Origin: Camelus dromedarius | Lineage: Eukaryota | Reading direction: 5' to 3' | Assembly (NCBI RefSeq): GCF_036321535.1 | Contig: NC_087436.1 | Span: 95,296,001 to 95,360,000 of the forward strand | DNA: 64,000 bases | Shown: piece by piece, positions 24,437 through 37,825 of the stretch | How the letters are laid out: the number at the start of each line of letters is the position of its first letter | Numbering within the stretch: position 1 is the first letter of the stretch | Translations under genes and position numbers: made by a program | Notes under the pieces: model-generated | What the model was told of the DNA's origin: nothing | What the model saw: the letters and a program-made list of their open reading frames with translations, nothing else | Databases searched by the model: none

Positions 24437-24980
24437 CTATTGGCAAAGACAGACAGAAACGTGTCAACAGCCAAGTAAGCACATTTGCTTGAAACACAAA
24501 TTGAGGTGAACATACACAGCAAGGCTCATTCAGGTATGTGGACTTTGGTAAGTGGTTTGGATTTAGATACACGCTTGACCCTAAAAAATGCTACGACAGC
24601 TGGTCTAGTCAAGGTAAGCACTAAGGCTGATGTGTTAACTGTGTCATGAAAAATCTCCAATTCAGTTCTAGGATGATGCCAGTGTTAAGGATGAGGATGA
24701 CACCTGGAAAGATTCTAAAACAGGTTATGAGACAGAAGGCTTATGGGCCTTTACCACTGGGAGCTGGCATCACGGTTCACCAAGAACTAGCCAAGCCAAC
24801 TAATCTCGCTGCCTTTCTGATGGGTTTCTTAATTGGCAGGAAGTACTCTCCCTAGCTCTAGTGTCTTCTACCTCAGCAGAAAGACACCGGACACTTCCCA
24901 CATGCTTGTGTGTACCACAGACAAACAGAGTTGCAAGGCAGTGCCTTTGGTTGGACTTTGGCCACTGACCAATCCATGCC

Positions 24981-25093
24981 CAGGGTGACCAAGAGTCCTG
25001 GTTTACCTGGGACTTTCCTGGCTTTAGCACTAAAAGTCCTACATCCTAGGAAATGGCCCAGACTCAGGCAAACTAGGATGGCCAGCTACCCTA
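24981..25093. mobile_element. MER81-like hAT-Blackjack MITE
   Basis: Terminal inverted repeats AGGGTGACC.../...TACCCTA; internal TTTAGCACTAAAAGTCC; ~113 bp. Confidence 0.75.
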
Positions 25094-26239
25094 CACACCT
25101 GTATGTGGGAGGCCACCCACACTAGGGTGTTTACATCCTTGGCCCAACTTGTTCAACGGACTTATTCACAGTTTGAATGGAGCTACAGAGGATGACTTAA
25201 TTTCCAAACCTGTGGATGACACAGAATTGTAAGAAAGAGCTAATATAATATGACTCAAATAAGGACATGTGATGCTGGAAGCGACTTGCACATAAGGCCC
25301 AGCCTTCTCTCCTTGACTCCTTGCTACCCCCTTGTCAAAAGAGGCTGGAGGATAACCTAACAAGATACTGGAGGAGAGACAAAATGGTTTGTTTCCACCC
25401 AAGTCTAAGATGTGTTCCACAACTGACCTAATTTATCTTCAAGTACCTTTCTCTCCTATAATATCAGGATAACCTCTCATCTACCAGCTTTGAATATAAA
25501 TCAATCATAATGTTTGCACACTGTGTCCTTGGCCATGGAATTCACTAAAATTACTTCCATTCCTTAACTAAAACTAAAAAGAAAAGCCCTGTTGTAGAAT
25601 GCTTTTTGAAAAATTAAATTCAACATAAGCCTTTTTTTTTTTTTACCTGTAGGCATTTTAGAGAAACTGAAATTTTTAGTCATAATATGTCAAGTCTGTC
25701 TGCAGAAAATGACCTGTATTTGAATGTTTCACAATCAAAGTGATAAGCAACAAACATACCATGCCTCTCTCTTCCAGCTCTAAAACCCTGTATGGTTCGT
25801 GATTCTGAGGCAACATTAGCTCATGATGCACCCAAGAAAACCCACCAACAGGGCCTTATAATTAAACAGCTTGAATGTACTATTAATTTCTGAGCCTCCC
25901 AAGCTCCTCCAGTGGCCACTAACATAAGTTACAAATAACTGTGGGATAGCAGTGGTTTTAACTGGGGCTGCTACTGAGACCACACCTTTTCCTCTCCGGG
26001 AGAATCTCCATCTGGCTACGCATCAGAATCCCTGGTGCCACTTTTAAAACTCCAGATGCCCGGTTCCTTCTCTGGGCCAACTGAGCACCAGAGTACTGGA
26101 CAGAGTACTGGAAAGTAAGGGACCAAGCAAACCTTTATCTGGTTCTGACATTAGTTTCTCATCATTAAGATTATGTGTTTTGTTCTTTTGTCCTTTCTTT
26201 CTTGATACAGTGTCATCGTAATCTATATAACCACCTGGA

Positions 26240-26650
26240 ACAGTGGTTCCCGCAGTCTGGTGCACATCTCTCTGAGGGTACCCCAGATACTTAGAGACGG
26301 TACACAATGAACATACAGCAATTTAAAATACTTACATGTTTATTTAAATGCATAAGAAAAAAACCTATGTTTTTTAACAGTAGTAACAAAGTTCCTTTTT
26401 AAAATAATTTTATGTTAAAAAAGCAATTCTAGAAAAAATTGAAAAGAATAGATATACACATGTATCTGTGTAACTGAATCACTTTGCTGTATACTTGAAA
26501 CTAATACAACACTGTAAATTAACACACTTTAATTTTTTAAAAAAAGGCAAGAAAAATGACTTCCTAAATATTAGAAGTACAGGTGCATGAGGATATGGCA
26601 AAACTTGTCAAAGATGGTACTGGATGCCCACCTTCTAAGAGTTTGTGGGG
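26240..26650 (+). mobile_element. hAT-Charlie-type element interrupted by a young L1 3' end (~26430-26545)
   Basis: CAGTGGTTCCC start and GGATATGGCAAAACTTGTCAAAGATGGTAC end region; insert TAACTGAATCACTTTGCTGTATACTTGAAACTAATACAACACTGTAAAT plus A tail. Confidence 0.6.
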
Positions 26651-26778
26651 TTAAGACTAAAACTGGACTCAATGAGATGCCTATGTGATGAACTTAACAC
26701 ACACTGTGGTCCTAGGGGGTCCCTTCTCCTCCTTCCTTACATAACAGGTACACTGTCATGGCTTTGATGCTCCCTATC

Positions 26779-26895
26779 AGGGTGTCTCAAACTTTACTGA
26801 GCACACAAATTCACCTGGGGATCTTGTTAAAATGCAGGTTCTGAATTACTGGGGAGTGAGCCAAGGTGCCATAGACCACCTTTGGAACAGCATAG
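26779..26895. mobile_element. MER5A-like MITE fragment
   Basis: TCTCAAACTTTA...TCACCTGGGGATCTTGTTAAAATGCAGGTTCTGA. Confidence 0.7.
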
Positions 26896-29800
26896 CCCTA
26901 AATGACAGAGGTATACAATACAAATATTAATTTTTAGTATAAAAATTTGGTAAACTGTCTAAACACAATTTAAAGGGTGGGAAAAGATTTTTCACTGTTT
27001 AAATAATACTGCTTAAAAACAAGGACATGAGGTTATAAAATCAGGAAACACAAACTACATAAATTATGGTTTTTAAAAATAGCTTTGAGTGATGTATCAG
27101 AGATCAAATGAGGAAAAGACTATTTCTACCTTTCTTTAGAAGGAGATACACACTGGTACAATGTAAGGTCAGAGGCCCAAAACAGACAGTAATATTAAAA
27201 TTAAATAATATTAGAATAGGCAAAATCAAAAGAGGCACCAGGCTTACTAACAAAAAATTATAAATTATGTACAATGAGGGTTTAAGGAAGTAATTAATTA
27301 CAGGAGGAAAAAGAAGATTACTCCTGGCTCTAAAGTTTAACCAGCTTGATATAATTTTCTAAAAGGCAAAAGTTCTGGTAGGAGAAACAAAAACTCCAGG
27401 AAATGGGAGGCAGCGTTCATTGTTTCTACTCACTGAAATGTAGCTTCTCCCTTATTTTCAGCCCTAATCTTCAAAGACCTCCCTATGACCTAGATTTTAA
27501 TGCCAAGTTATTGGCAGCTACATAGGAAGCAAAAATGGGGACATACTTCTACTGCTGTCATTGCTGGATTTTCCTATCTGTGGGGTGAGTTTAAGGAAAG
27601 CAGGGATTTAGAACCTGGGAGATTTGCAAATTTAATAACAGTCTCAGGTTTCTCAAGCCATAAAGAACCAGCCACCCACAGAGTTAAGTTCTGTAAACAT
27701 TATGCCCAGCTCTGCAGAGAGCCTGCCCTCCATCAACGCTCCCTGTCCCCTTGACTGGACATGCGGCTTTTGTAAGGCTCTAGGCAGGGCTAAAAGCAGA
27801 GGTCCAAACAACTGAGTACACTATTAACTATTTCCCGTCCGACTGCCTCACCTAAGGGTAAAGAAATGTGGTTCTTCAAACTGGCAAATTTCAGAGCAAT
27901 GTTTACCAGAACCTTCTATGAGACGTGTTTACTGCAACTGTTTGGGTGGAGCGCATGAGCTACTGCAATCGGCTTGCAACAATCTGGTTCTTCAGTGTAA
28001 GGACTGACACGGGGCTTGCTGGGGTGTATGCCTTGGGTGGGTATGCCCTGGTAATAGCTGCTTCCTCTCTGCTCCAGATCATTCCTGTCTTCTAACAAAG
28101 CAATGCAAAGTGTGGCTGCACCAGCCTGAAATCAGAAACAGAGGCAAGTCTTCTTGCAGAAAGAGTGGCTCTGGCCACAGACGGGCATCCACGGCCCCCC
28201 ACGCACACCGTTTACCCGAGGAGCCCTGTTTGCTGGAACAGAGCAGCCTGGAGGCGAGACTCAAGCAAGGGTCTCCCCGCCTCACGACCCCCACTAGGGG
28301 TGATAATGGGTTTGCTTTTCCAAAACATCTGTTTTTCTCCAAGGCTATCACCTTATATGAAAGTGAGAATTAAGAGTTTCTTATTTTATTGGGAACAGTT
28401 TTGGTGAGTTTTCCATTACAAGCTGGTTCCAGTGGATGGAATGACTGCACGAAACATGGAAGAGTCTCTGTTTCACTATTCATTAATACGAAAAAAATGT
28501 GGACATCCGTGACAGGGCCATGGCAAGTCAAAGGAATCTTCAAACCAAGGGTGGGGTTCCAAGTGCAGGAAGGCGCGGTGCATTTATAAACAAACTCTCT
28601 GGAAACAGTAAATGTCATGCTCTTCTCTGCAAACAAAAGTAGAAAGCTCTCTTTCTGCCGGGCTCAGAAAAGTTATGAAAAGTTTGTTAGAACAGGGCAG
28701 AAGAAGTACTGATTTTTAGTACTTTTCAATCGATAAGATCACAATTTTCACTAAAGAAAAGTAAAAAATACACTTTCTTCAAAAGTAATCTTTCTGTAGG
28801 ACTAGAATAAGGAAGAGTAATTTAAAAAAGTTTTTCTTTCTCACTTCCTGAATTAAATTCTTTTAATCTTTCAACCTTCTTTGGAAGTGTATTGGTAGAA
28901 AGAACTCCTTTACATACATATTTTATATACACCTGCCATTTCATATTTTACAAATTATAATCTCCAATTCTACAAATGAGAAAAAACTGGAGGTTCAGGG
29001 AGCTACTGGTGGCTTTGCTGGCGTGGCACTGACAGTAGGAAGCAGAGATCCTCAGCACAGAGGGGAGGGTGTGCTCTGCTCCCAGTTCTTGCAAATTTTA
29101 ACAGGACAACCCAGAGTCTTACCATTTGCCTCAGGGCACATGGTTTACTACAGGACAGTGTGAAGGCTTACATTTCGTTAGAAAGAAAGACATTTCCTCT
29201 CTTTCTCTAAACTATAGCAAAACACCAAACAGGCAGATTGCCTCTGCTCTTCTCTCACCTTATACGAAAAAGGGGAATAAATGAGTCACTATAAAATATT
29301 TTTATTCACGTGGAATTAAAACAAAAATCTTCAAATGTCCTACACTGCCTTAACGTTTAGGACAGTGACCTGAATAAATAAAGACTTCAACCTTCAGGCT
29401 AAAGGTGGAATTAAAAAGAAAGGAATAAAGGAACAATAAATCAGGTTTTCATACACTCCACCTATGAAGGCAGGAAAGATGAAATTTGAAGATTTAAGAG
29501 TGGAAACAAAAGCTTTTCATGTAATTTTGTTATGAAAAATAATCCCAATGCCCTACTACTCCCCCAAATGTTTCAGTTCACTGAGATTTTGCTGAATTAA
29601 GAAGAAACTTCATTGTAAGGACTGAAACTATCTTTTGGTGAAATGATCTAATTAAATTCTATAAGCATCAGTTGAAGTTGAAAACTGGAGCATGAAGGAG
29701 AAAAAGACCATTAAATTGCAAAAATACTTCTACATATTTTAACTTCATGTATTAATATAAGTTAGAGCGTTACAAGTATAACTATTACTTCAAATTCATT

Positions 29801-31593
29801 TTATGTCCATTTTTTTTCAGCAAAGTGCATTTCCTTGCCTTAATTGTATCCTGCCAACTTCATTTTAGCTTTAAATTAGGCTCCGGTGCCACATTCTCAT
29901 GCTTGATTAAAAGCATTGGAAGTATAATGAATAGTAAAATGCATCACTGATGGTTCTGCATCATTTATAAAATTAATCATATTCTTCAGTACTAAAAAAC
30001 TTCATATTTCAAGGATATAATTAATGGGGAAATTTTATACCTTAATTTTCCTCCAATGTGATTATGTAATAGTTGGGGGAAAGGAGTTGATGACTATGAT
30101 GACAACATGAGTAACATTAGAAGTCAATTTAGTTTTCTGATTAATAATTCTTATTGTTGTTATTATCATATTCAGACACACGGTTATCCAGTTATCGTGT
30201 GAGAATGTAAATGTTATTTCCTTAAAGGTACTCTGACTTAAATTTTCACTGCACACAGTGGTAAACACTTCACTGGCTTAGTAATCTCTATGGCAACTCA
30301 GTTCCAAGGGCCTTGGAGTGACCCCGGAGTCTTGTATAAACAGTTTTGGCAGGAACCTCCACAGCCAATGCAGAAGGATGATCTAATTTTTGCAAGCGTG
30401 TCATTACCAACCTTCAGATATACAACTCAGGCCAAGTTTTTCCCCCTGTGAGTATTTTCCAAGCCCGCAAAAGAAAAGAGCAAGGCAGAGTTGGGAGCGT
30501 GGCTTTGTTATTTCATATTTACTAACCCAGATCCCCTCAAGTCTCAACCACTCCCTGCTTTGAAGTCGGACACCTTTCTGTGGTCCCCCGTGTCCCACCG
30601 GCACAGCCGTGATGCATCTACATAAACACCTGGACTAACCACTGGTTCCCTGGTGGCCCAGAAGCAGGTAGAGGGGCCTGGCTCCCGGGAGGGGCTAGCT
30701 TAGCACTAAGGTGTTGAAAACGACAGTGAACCTAATTCCCTCCCAGCCAGAACTCTTCCAAGTGAAGCAGGGATTCATTCCACCCTCACACCAAGTTCGT
30801 TCTTTTGCTAGCTTCCTCCCAGGTCCCTCTCATACCCTCACAGCTCCATATGGCTGCAGTGATTTTAAGCAAATCATTTTATTCTTAATATATTTTTACA
30901 TGCAAAAGAACTGAAGAGTTTTTCCCTTCAGGTTTTATCTTTTTGATCAGCCCCGTGAAGGACATCCTGAACACTACATGAGACAAAATGGAATATTTTT
31001 TTTCTCCAGTATGAAAAAAAAAAATGACATTCACAAACATGTTTAAAAAACTCTTCTATATAGTCTGGGCGGTGATCTGCAGTAAAAACACCTCTAAGTA
31101 AACATGTTCATGATGCAGACTTCTTGTAAGTACATTTGGAAACTGCTTCCTTATCATGATAAACACTGCATACAGGTTTTTTTTTTTTTAATGTCCCTAG
31201 ACGCATATTAATTTTTAAAAATCAACCTGGCCAACCTTTTTCTTTTCTTCTTTCTTCTTTTTTTGCCAAAACCAATAATCCTGAGAGCTCAAATTAAAAA
31301 ACTGGTAACTGAGAGGTTTTTGTAAATTGACTTCTATTATGACTAGATTCGCCTGTGGTTCAAGTTCTACGCTGATCATCTCTGGGGCGTGGGGAGGGCG
31401 CTTAAGGAAACACGAATCCCATTACATGGGGTACAGTCACTAGGAGGGTGTTTACCCCACTTACTACCAGAGGCTTTCAGAAAAGTTTGCCCACCAAATG
31501 CCTGTCAAGTAACTTTAAGGAATAATGCCACCACAGTAAGGTAATTGACAATTGGAATGAATAAGGAGAGACGTTCAGTTTTGGAAAACTTAC

Positions 31594-31650
31594 CACCGAG
31601 ACAGGGTCCATGGCCTCTTGCTTGACAGGGACGGGGTCAAACATGAGCAT
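31594..31650 (-). CDS. KLF3: KLF3 first coding exon (exon 2; whole exon 31594-31689 including 39 nt of 5'UTR), MLMFDPVPVKQEAMDPVSV
   Basis: Manual translation of the minus strand; acceptor ttcctag|GCC at 31690/31689, donor GTG|gtaagt at 31594/31593; contains the VKQE SUMO consensus (K10). Too short for the ORF track. Confidence 0.96.
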
Positions 31651-34600
31651 TCTCTTAGTTATGCTTTCTAGGGTGCTCTGGTGATTGGCCTAGGAAACAA
31701 AACAAGGTGTCCGCCTAAATCCCAAGGGTACTTTCAATATAAACCAGTAAAAATAAAATATAATATTCCTCACCCCCCCCCAACTCCTTCCTCTCCTCTG
31801 CCCCCGGAATGGCTGGAATTTGCTTCCTGTACCTATGAAAGATGCCATTTTATGTAACGAAAGCCAGACCCCATGGTCATAACCAGGTGAGCACCAACTA
31901 GCGTTTCTAACTCAAATACACAAACCATGACATTCTGTAACAATGGGGACAGCCTCTTCTGAGCAGTGAAGCTTGCTTACAATTACCATGCATCTCAACA
32001 GAAGTTCACACCATATATGAATGTTAAACACCTTTCCTTGTCTCCTTATGTTCATAACAGAAAAATCAGAAAGAAACAAGACAGGCAAAAAGACAACCTA
32101 GAACCGACCACTATGAATATCCTTTTTTAAAAAAAAAATCCCTCCAAACTCTTTTTCATATGGATTATAGTATGTATACTGTATAGTAACCATAACATCA
32201 CTTGGCAATTTACTGGGAAAATGTTTCTTTCTCATTAAGTTTGGTTGTATACCATCAAATTCAAGGTGCCACTGTGTGAACAAATTAGACTTAAAAAAAT
32301 TCCTTTCATTGGGCATTTAGGTTGCTTCTAAATTTTCACCACTGCAGACAGCAATGAGCATCTTTATACTTACACCTTCCCACACATTCTTAATTAATTT
32401 TTAGGGTAAATTTTATGAAAGGGTGAATGAGAAGCCATGTACATTTTTCCAGAGCATCTGCTGTATCATCCAAAGATACTCTGTTATTTCCATCAATAAA
32501 ATAGAACCTGCTTCCCAACATTTCTACCAGCAATGTGCATTACCATTTAAAAAATTAAAAATTTTGCCAATTTGTTAGCATCAAAATTGATACTATTCCT
32601 ATATTGACTTAATTACTGAAGCCGAATCTTTTTTTGAAAATACCATTTACATTTCTTCTTTTGAGAAACGCCCACCCCCCTCACCAATTTCTTATTAGCA
32701 CTTTTTACACAGGAAGACTATTAGCTTGTATTCACTCTAATTTCTCCTAAGGAAATAAGCCAATCTTTAACCTAAAGTAAATACAATGTCCATCTTGATC
32801 CTGTTTGGTCTCTCTCTTCTTTCATTATGTGTGAGCCCTCTTCTGTGTTTTGTACTAGTCCACTTCTAGTGCTAAAATACATTAACTGCTTCCTCACAAG
32901 GAAAATAACCAGTCTGCTCGCCATTTCACAGGTTATAGAATCACTGCCCATGCACCACCCAGATCTTCAGCAACCTGCTCCAGGCACTTTCTATCTGTTT
33001 GATTGAAGTGCTCAGCACTTTGGTTAAAGGTGAAGTCTACAGATCACTTTGGTTTGGGTGGAAAAGTGAACAAGATCTAGATTGGGTTCTACCTGAAAAA
33101 GCTGCAGAGGCCCCTGGTTCTAGATCACTTCCTGCGTCTCAGTATTTAAACTCCGCATCGCCCCTGCCATGACAACAATCCTGTAGTTAGTGGTGTCCCT
33201 GCTCTATGCGTTCAACTAAGACATCTTCACACACAATGACAGAAGTAATACTGTGTCGTTCTTGTGCATCGCTGCTTTGCTGAAGGCTGTCTTGGGTCTC
33301 ATGACAACACGTGAATGTCATCATGAACTCAACATAAGGCCATGACTTCAAAATTATACTTGCCACATCACAGGACGTATTATAATCTGCGGACACAATC
33401 TGATGACAGGCTGCTCAAATCAATGGTGCTGCCACCCTCTTCTGTATAGCAGCAAGAACAAACCCCACAGCCAGTGAAAAATGGATGATTTCATAATGAA
33501 GGATGAAAACCCCTTTTGTGTCTTGAGATCTATTATTAACCAGTTCCCAGCCTAGCAGCTGTACAGATGGATAGGGTTCTAAGAATTGCTGTCCAGGGCC
33601 CCACAGCGGGCCGTAAACAAAGGATGTGAGATCGCCTGCTTATATCAATGAGGTCAGATAATTCAGCAGCCTCGACCCTGGCTGGCCATCCTCCTCCAAG
33701 CCTTTTAAATTTAATTTACTCTTACAGATTTCATTCAGTCGGCTTGTCAGGATCTTGATGCAAATCCTTCTAAATAAAAGCACTCATATTCTCAGGAGTG
33801 TAAGGAAAAAGACCTGGTCTGGAGATCAAGCAGATCTCATTTACCTTCAAGGTTTTCGGAAATCAAACGAGATTAAAAATAAACAAGCAAAATCCTTTTC
33901 CCCTCGAAATCACTTATATCAATGAATATGCACAAAATATTCAAATCTACATGCTATACATACTGCACTAAACTTGTTGGTCCCTGATTTCTGGAACAAT
34001 GTCAGGTATTTATCTGCCTCTTTGCTAAAATACTGAGCCTTAGAGGTCAATCCCCTCTCTCCTCAAAAAAAAAATTTAGGTTAAATTCAGTTTAAAAGGT
34101 AAGAGCTGCCTACACCCCGTATGGGATCTCATACAGGCCTTGCCACTTGAAGACTGCATCGCGGCAACAGCTCCTTAGCATCGCCACACCTCACCGTACC
34201 TGGGACCCTTTACCACCAGCAGGAGCAGCTCCGTGCAGGAAGATGATGGGCTCTGTGGCTCATTTTGGTTTAAATTCTAACCCTACCATTTAGCTCATAA
34301 AGCCTTCAATGACCTTTTTGATGCCTATAGCAATGAGTTCTGACTCCTTTTAGAAACGAATTACACATTAACTTGCTATATAGTTCGTGTCATTTTAAGA
34401 CATTACTTAAATCACTTTTATTCTTTAATTTTTCTGTTTTATCTAAGTTGCAGGAAATGAATGCTTTGAAAGACGTGCAATCATAAGAGAAAAAAATAGT
34501 CTAATATAAAGCATCCCTTCTAACAAAACCTTTTTCATTTTTATCAAAAATAAAATTGTAAAGGTGTATTTATTTGTTCAGGACTGTACCTCAAAGAGTA

Positions 34601-34690
34601 ACTCAATCACTGATGAAGGACTATTCTCACATGGAAGTATTTCAGCTAATAAATGAAGAAGTAATAACAGAATTCAGAACACTTGATTTT

Positions 34691-34807
34691 TTTTTTTGTA
34701 TTTGACCACGATTTTTTTTTTAATTGAAGTACCATCAGTTACAATGTGTCAGTTTCTGGTGTATAGCACAATGCCCCAGTCACACATATACATACATATA
34801 TTCATTT
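34691..34807 (-). mobile_element. Young 5'-truncated L1 3' end with two poly(A) tracts and 15-bp TSD
   Basis: TSD AGAACACTT(G/C)ATTTT at 34676-34690 and 34808-34822; body TTAATTGAAGTACCATCAGTTACAATGTGTCAGTTTCTGGTGTATAGCAC. Confidence 0.8.
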
Positions 34808-35573
34808 AGAACACTTCATTTTGAAACTCCTAACTAAATAATGCATCACTGGACAATAAAAAGTCCTTGTAAAATTCAAAACCCAATTTAGGAAACCCAA
34901 TTTAGGAAGAGAATCACTATGAACAGAACCAAACTCACTGTCCATTCACAAGCTTAAACAGCACTTCGTCCCCAATTTGATAGCTTCTAAAATGACTGAT
35001 CATACTTTTAGGGATTATTATAGTATGTGGAACAAGAAGGCTGTGGAAAAAAAATACACCCTAACCTTTAACAAGAGCTTCTTGGGAGAGGTGGGGGAGG
35101 GGGGTGAGTGCAGCTTTATACACACCTATTGCCCATTTTAAAATTCATTAAATCTATGATTAAAACTTTTAATAAAAATGAGAGAGGGACGTTAAGCTAG
35201 AGGGAAACCCAAATTAGGAAGAGAATCAAATGCATTAACACAAATCAGGCTGTTATTTGCAGAAAACGTCCAGATTCTGTACCTGTGTCTACCTCTGAAT
35301 AGACCACTTTTCCCACCAGCACTGATCTTGTCTTTGGGTTCTGTTCTAGAATCAGAAAAGTATGACTGCAATGTTTCCAAAATGCCTCCCATATAACTGA
35401 GAAGTAACTCACACACTGGAAGAACTGGCGTTCCTAAACCTAGTGGCTTTTGTCATACATGGGCAACTCAGTGCTAAGGGGATATTACCATCACGTTAAA
35501 AGAATGCTAAGTAAACTACAAATGCTATAGAAAATTAATTATTGCACAATACTGATCGCAATCCTAAGTAGAA

Positions 35574-35587
35574 CCAGTAGGTGGCGC
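35574..35587 (+). promoter_or_regulatory. CTCF core motif
   Basis: CCAGTAGGTGGCGC matches the consensus CCASYAGRKGGCRS at every position. Confidence 0.6.
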
Positions 35588-37825
35588 ACTAAAACAGGAA
35601 TAAAGACGAGGACCCAGGCAGTAAACTGAGTTGCCAATGCCAGGGTCTTTAAACCTAGTGGGTTGTAGCTAAGCTCAGGAATTCTGTTAACCATCTTATG
35701 TGGGTATCACACAGATGAGGAGGCCCCCAAATGTGATTCTGTTTTTTCTTACAACTATTTTCCAATCATTAACACATTTACATCTTAGTTATGTTTCAGT
35801 AGCATTCAGTAACATTCTAAACTAATCAACCCAAGGATAACACAACCACACTGTAAAGAGAAAAACGGAGCCACACTGGTATTAAAAAAACAAAAACAAA
35901 AACAAAACAAAACACAATTCATCAAAGTGTTGAAAAGCAAAAAAATATGAACATCACCATTGCCAAAACAATTTTCCATCCCTGGAGCAGACTTCATCTT
36001 CCCCAACTGTGTTATTTTGCTGGGAAGGGCCAATACAACAGAATTTTCCTCCAAAAGGAAGAAACAGATTTCCCTTGACACTCTCTCCACTTATACTTCT
36101 GACTTTTCAGATGTCTTTTGACATATGAGGATCAGATTTTTGCTAAGATGCACAACCGTGTGCTTATGTCTTAAAAAGCTTTGGTGAATCATTTACATGA
36201 CGTTTCATACGCGATACTGTTCGGCCTCACACTGTCCTATTCAGCCCTCCACGAGGCCTACTCCACAGCTGCTTCATGAGGGTACAAAGGAGCTGCAGAG
36301 CTTAGAAATACACACGGGCCTTCATGTAAGAGGAGGTTATGATGTGGCCAGCCTCCTTTGAAAGTAGTTTGTCTTGAAGCTACAGCATTCTGTTTTATTA
36401 CAGAAACCTTATAAATGATGGCCCCTTCCTGAAGAAGCATGACAAAGAGACAGACAGACAGAGGTGTATGGTGCGGGTTGAGGAGACAGTGTGTGTATCT
36501 GAAGCAAAGTTTCTGGGTGATGTATCAGGATTTGCTTCAGACATTTTCCCTTCTCATCTCTCTTTTATTGCACTTTGCATATCTTTCTTTCCTCAGCTCC
36601 TCAAAGGGCCGCTGCATTCTTCTCCCACAGCCCAGCCGGACCCTAAGGCTCCAGACTACCTGCCTCCCTCCTGCACATCTTTATTTCCTAGCTGACCTCA
36701 GCCAGGTGTAAGGAGAAAATCAGGATGATTAAACCAACACACCTGTAAGCGCCCTTTTCAACTCTCCCAAGTGTCTGGATGTTAAACGGGGGGAGAATGT
36801 TGCCACCCCCCCCATCCCTTATTTCCCCAAGGAAATTCAGGGAGAAAATTTTAAAAAATAAAAATAAAAATCTGTGTGTGTGTGTGTAGTTCTTGGTCAG
36901 AAGGAGGGCCAGGGCAGGAAGGCAACATCCCTGCAGCTCAACTTCCTTTCCAAAAGAAACTTTTCTTCACTTCTGTACCCAAACTCTTCCAAGAGTTGAA
37001 TATTTAATGGCAGTTGCCTAGGCCAGAAATACAAAGGGCCGGGCAACAGATGTAAGTAGGCATTTCTAAGTGGGAGCCTCCTTTTAGAAGAGCCAAATGC
37101 TGGCACCTACCTGGAAGAGCGTAGCGTTTTCATGTCACTCAGTGACGATCTTCTCCTACCCCAGTCTTCTATTGTTGGTTTGAGGGAGAAAATTCCAGGG
37201 AGCATTTCTAAGTCTTTGCACCCCTCATAAATTAGTTATTTTGCATCAAAATGTTTTGTAAATGGGAAAGAAGTTAATTATTTAGTTTCAGATTAAATAT
37301 AATGATCCATGAGCAAACAATCCGCCCTCTCTCCTCTCCTGCCTAACAAGCCACCCAATTTTACTTTCCTGCCTCCACCCATCTGCTCCACCCTATGGAG
37401 ACTTGCCAAGGCAGTCCAACTTGTCCAAACAGGACATGGCTTCAGATAAGATTCTGCCCACACCCTGTACTTCGGGAAGACCAAGTGAAGCAATTGATTT
37501 TGCATGTAAATAAGGACAGGTGCAAAGGTAACCACCAAGCAAACTCCCTCCACATTTCCAGACAGGGGCCCAGCAAAGCAGGGGTGGGGGGAGGGGAACC
37601 CAAACCCATACCCATTAGCTAACCTCTCAAGTTCACTGCCACCTGGTGAGTGGCATTCCACATTTTTCTTAAAGAAATCTTAGCAAACACTAATGATCTC
37701 CCCTACTAAGGTTACTCATTTTCCTCCTTCACCCTGTCTTGACAACTTTGTATTTGAGTTTTAAGGGCCAGTAACCCCCAACCAATTGAAAATTACCCCT
37801 CCTGTGTAACCCCGCTGCATACATG

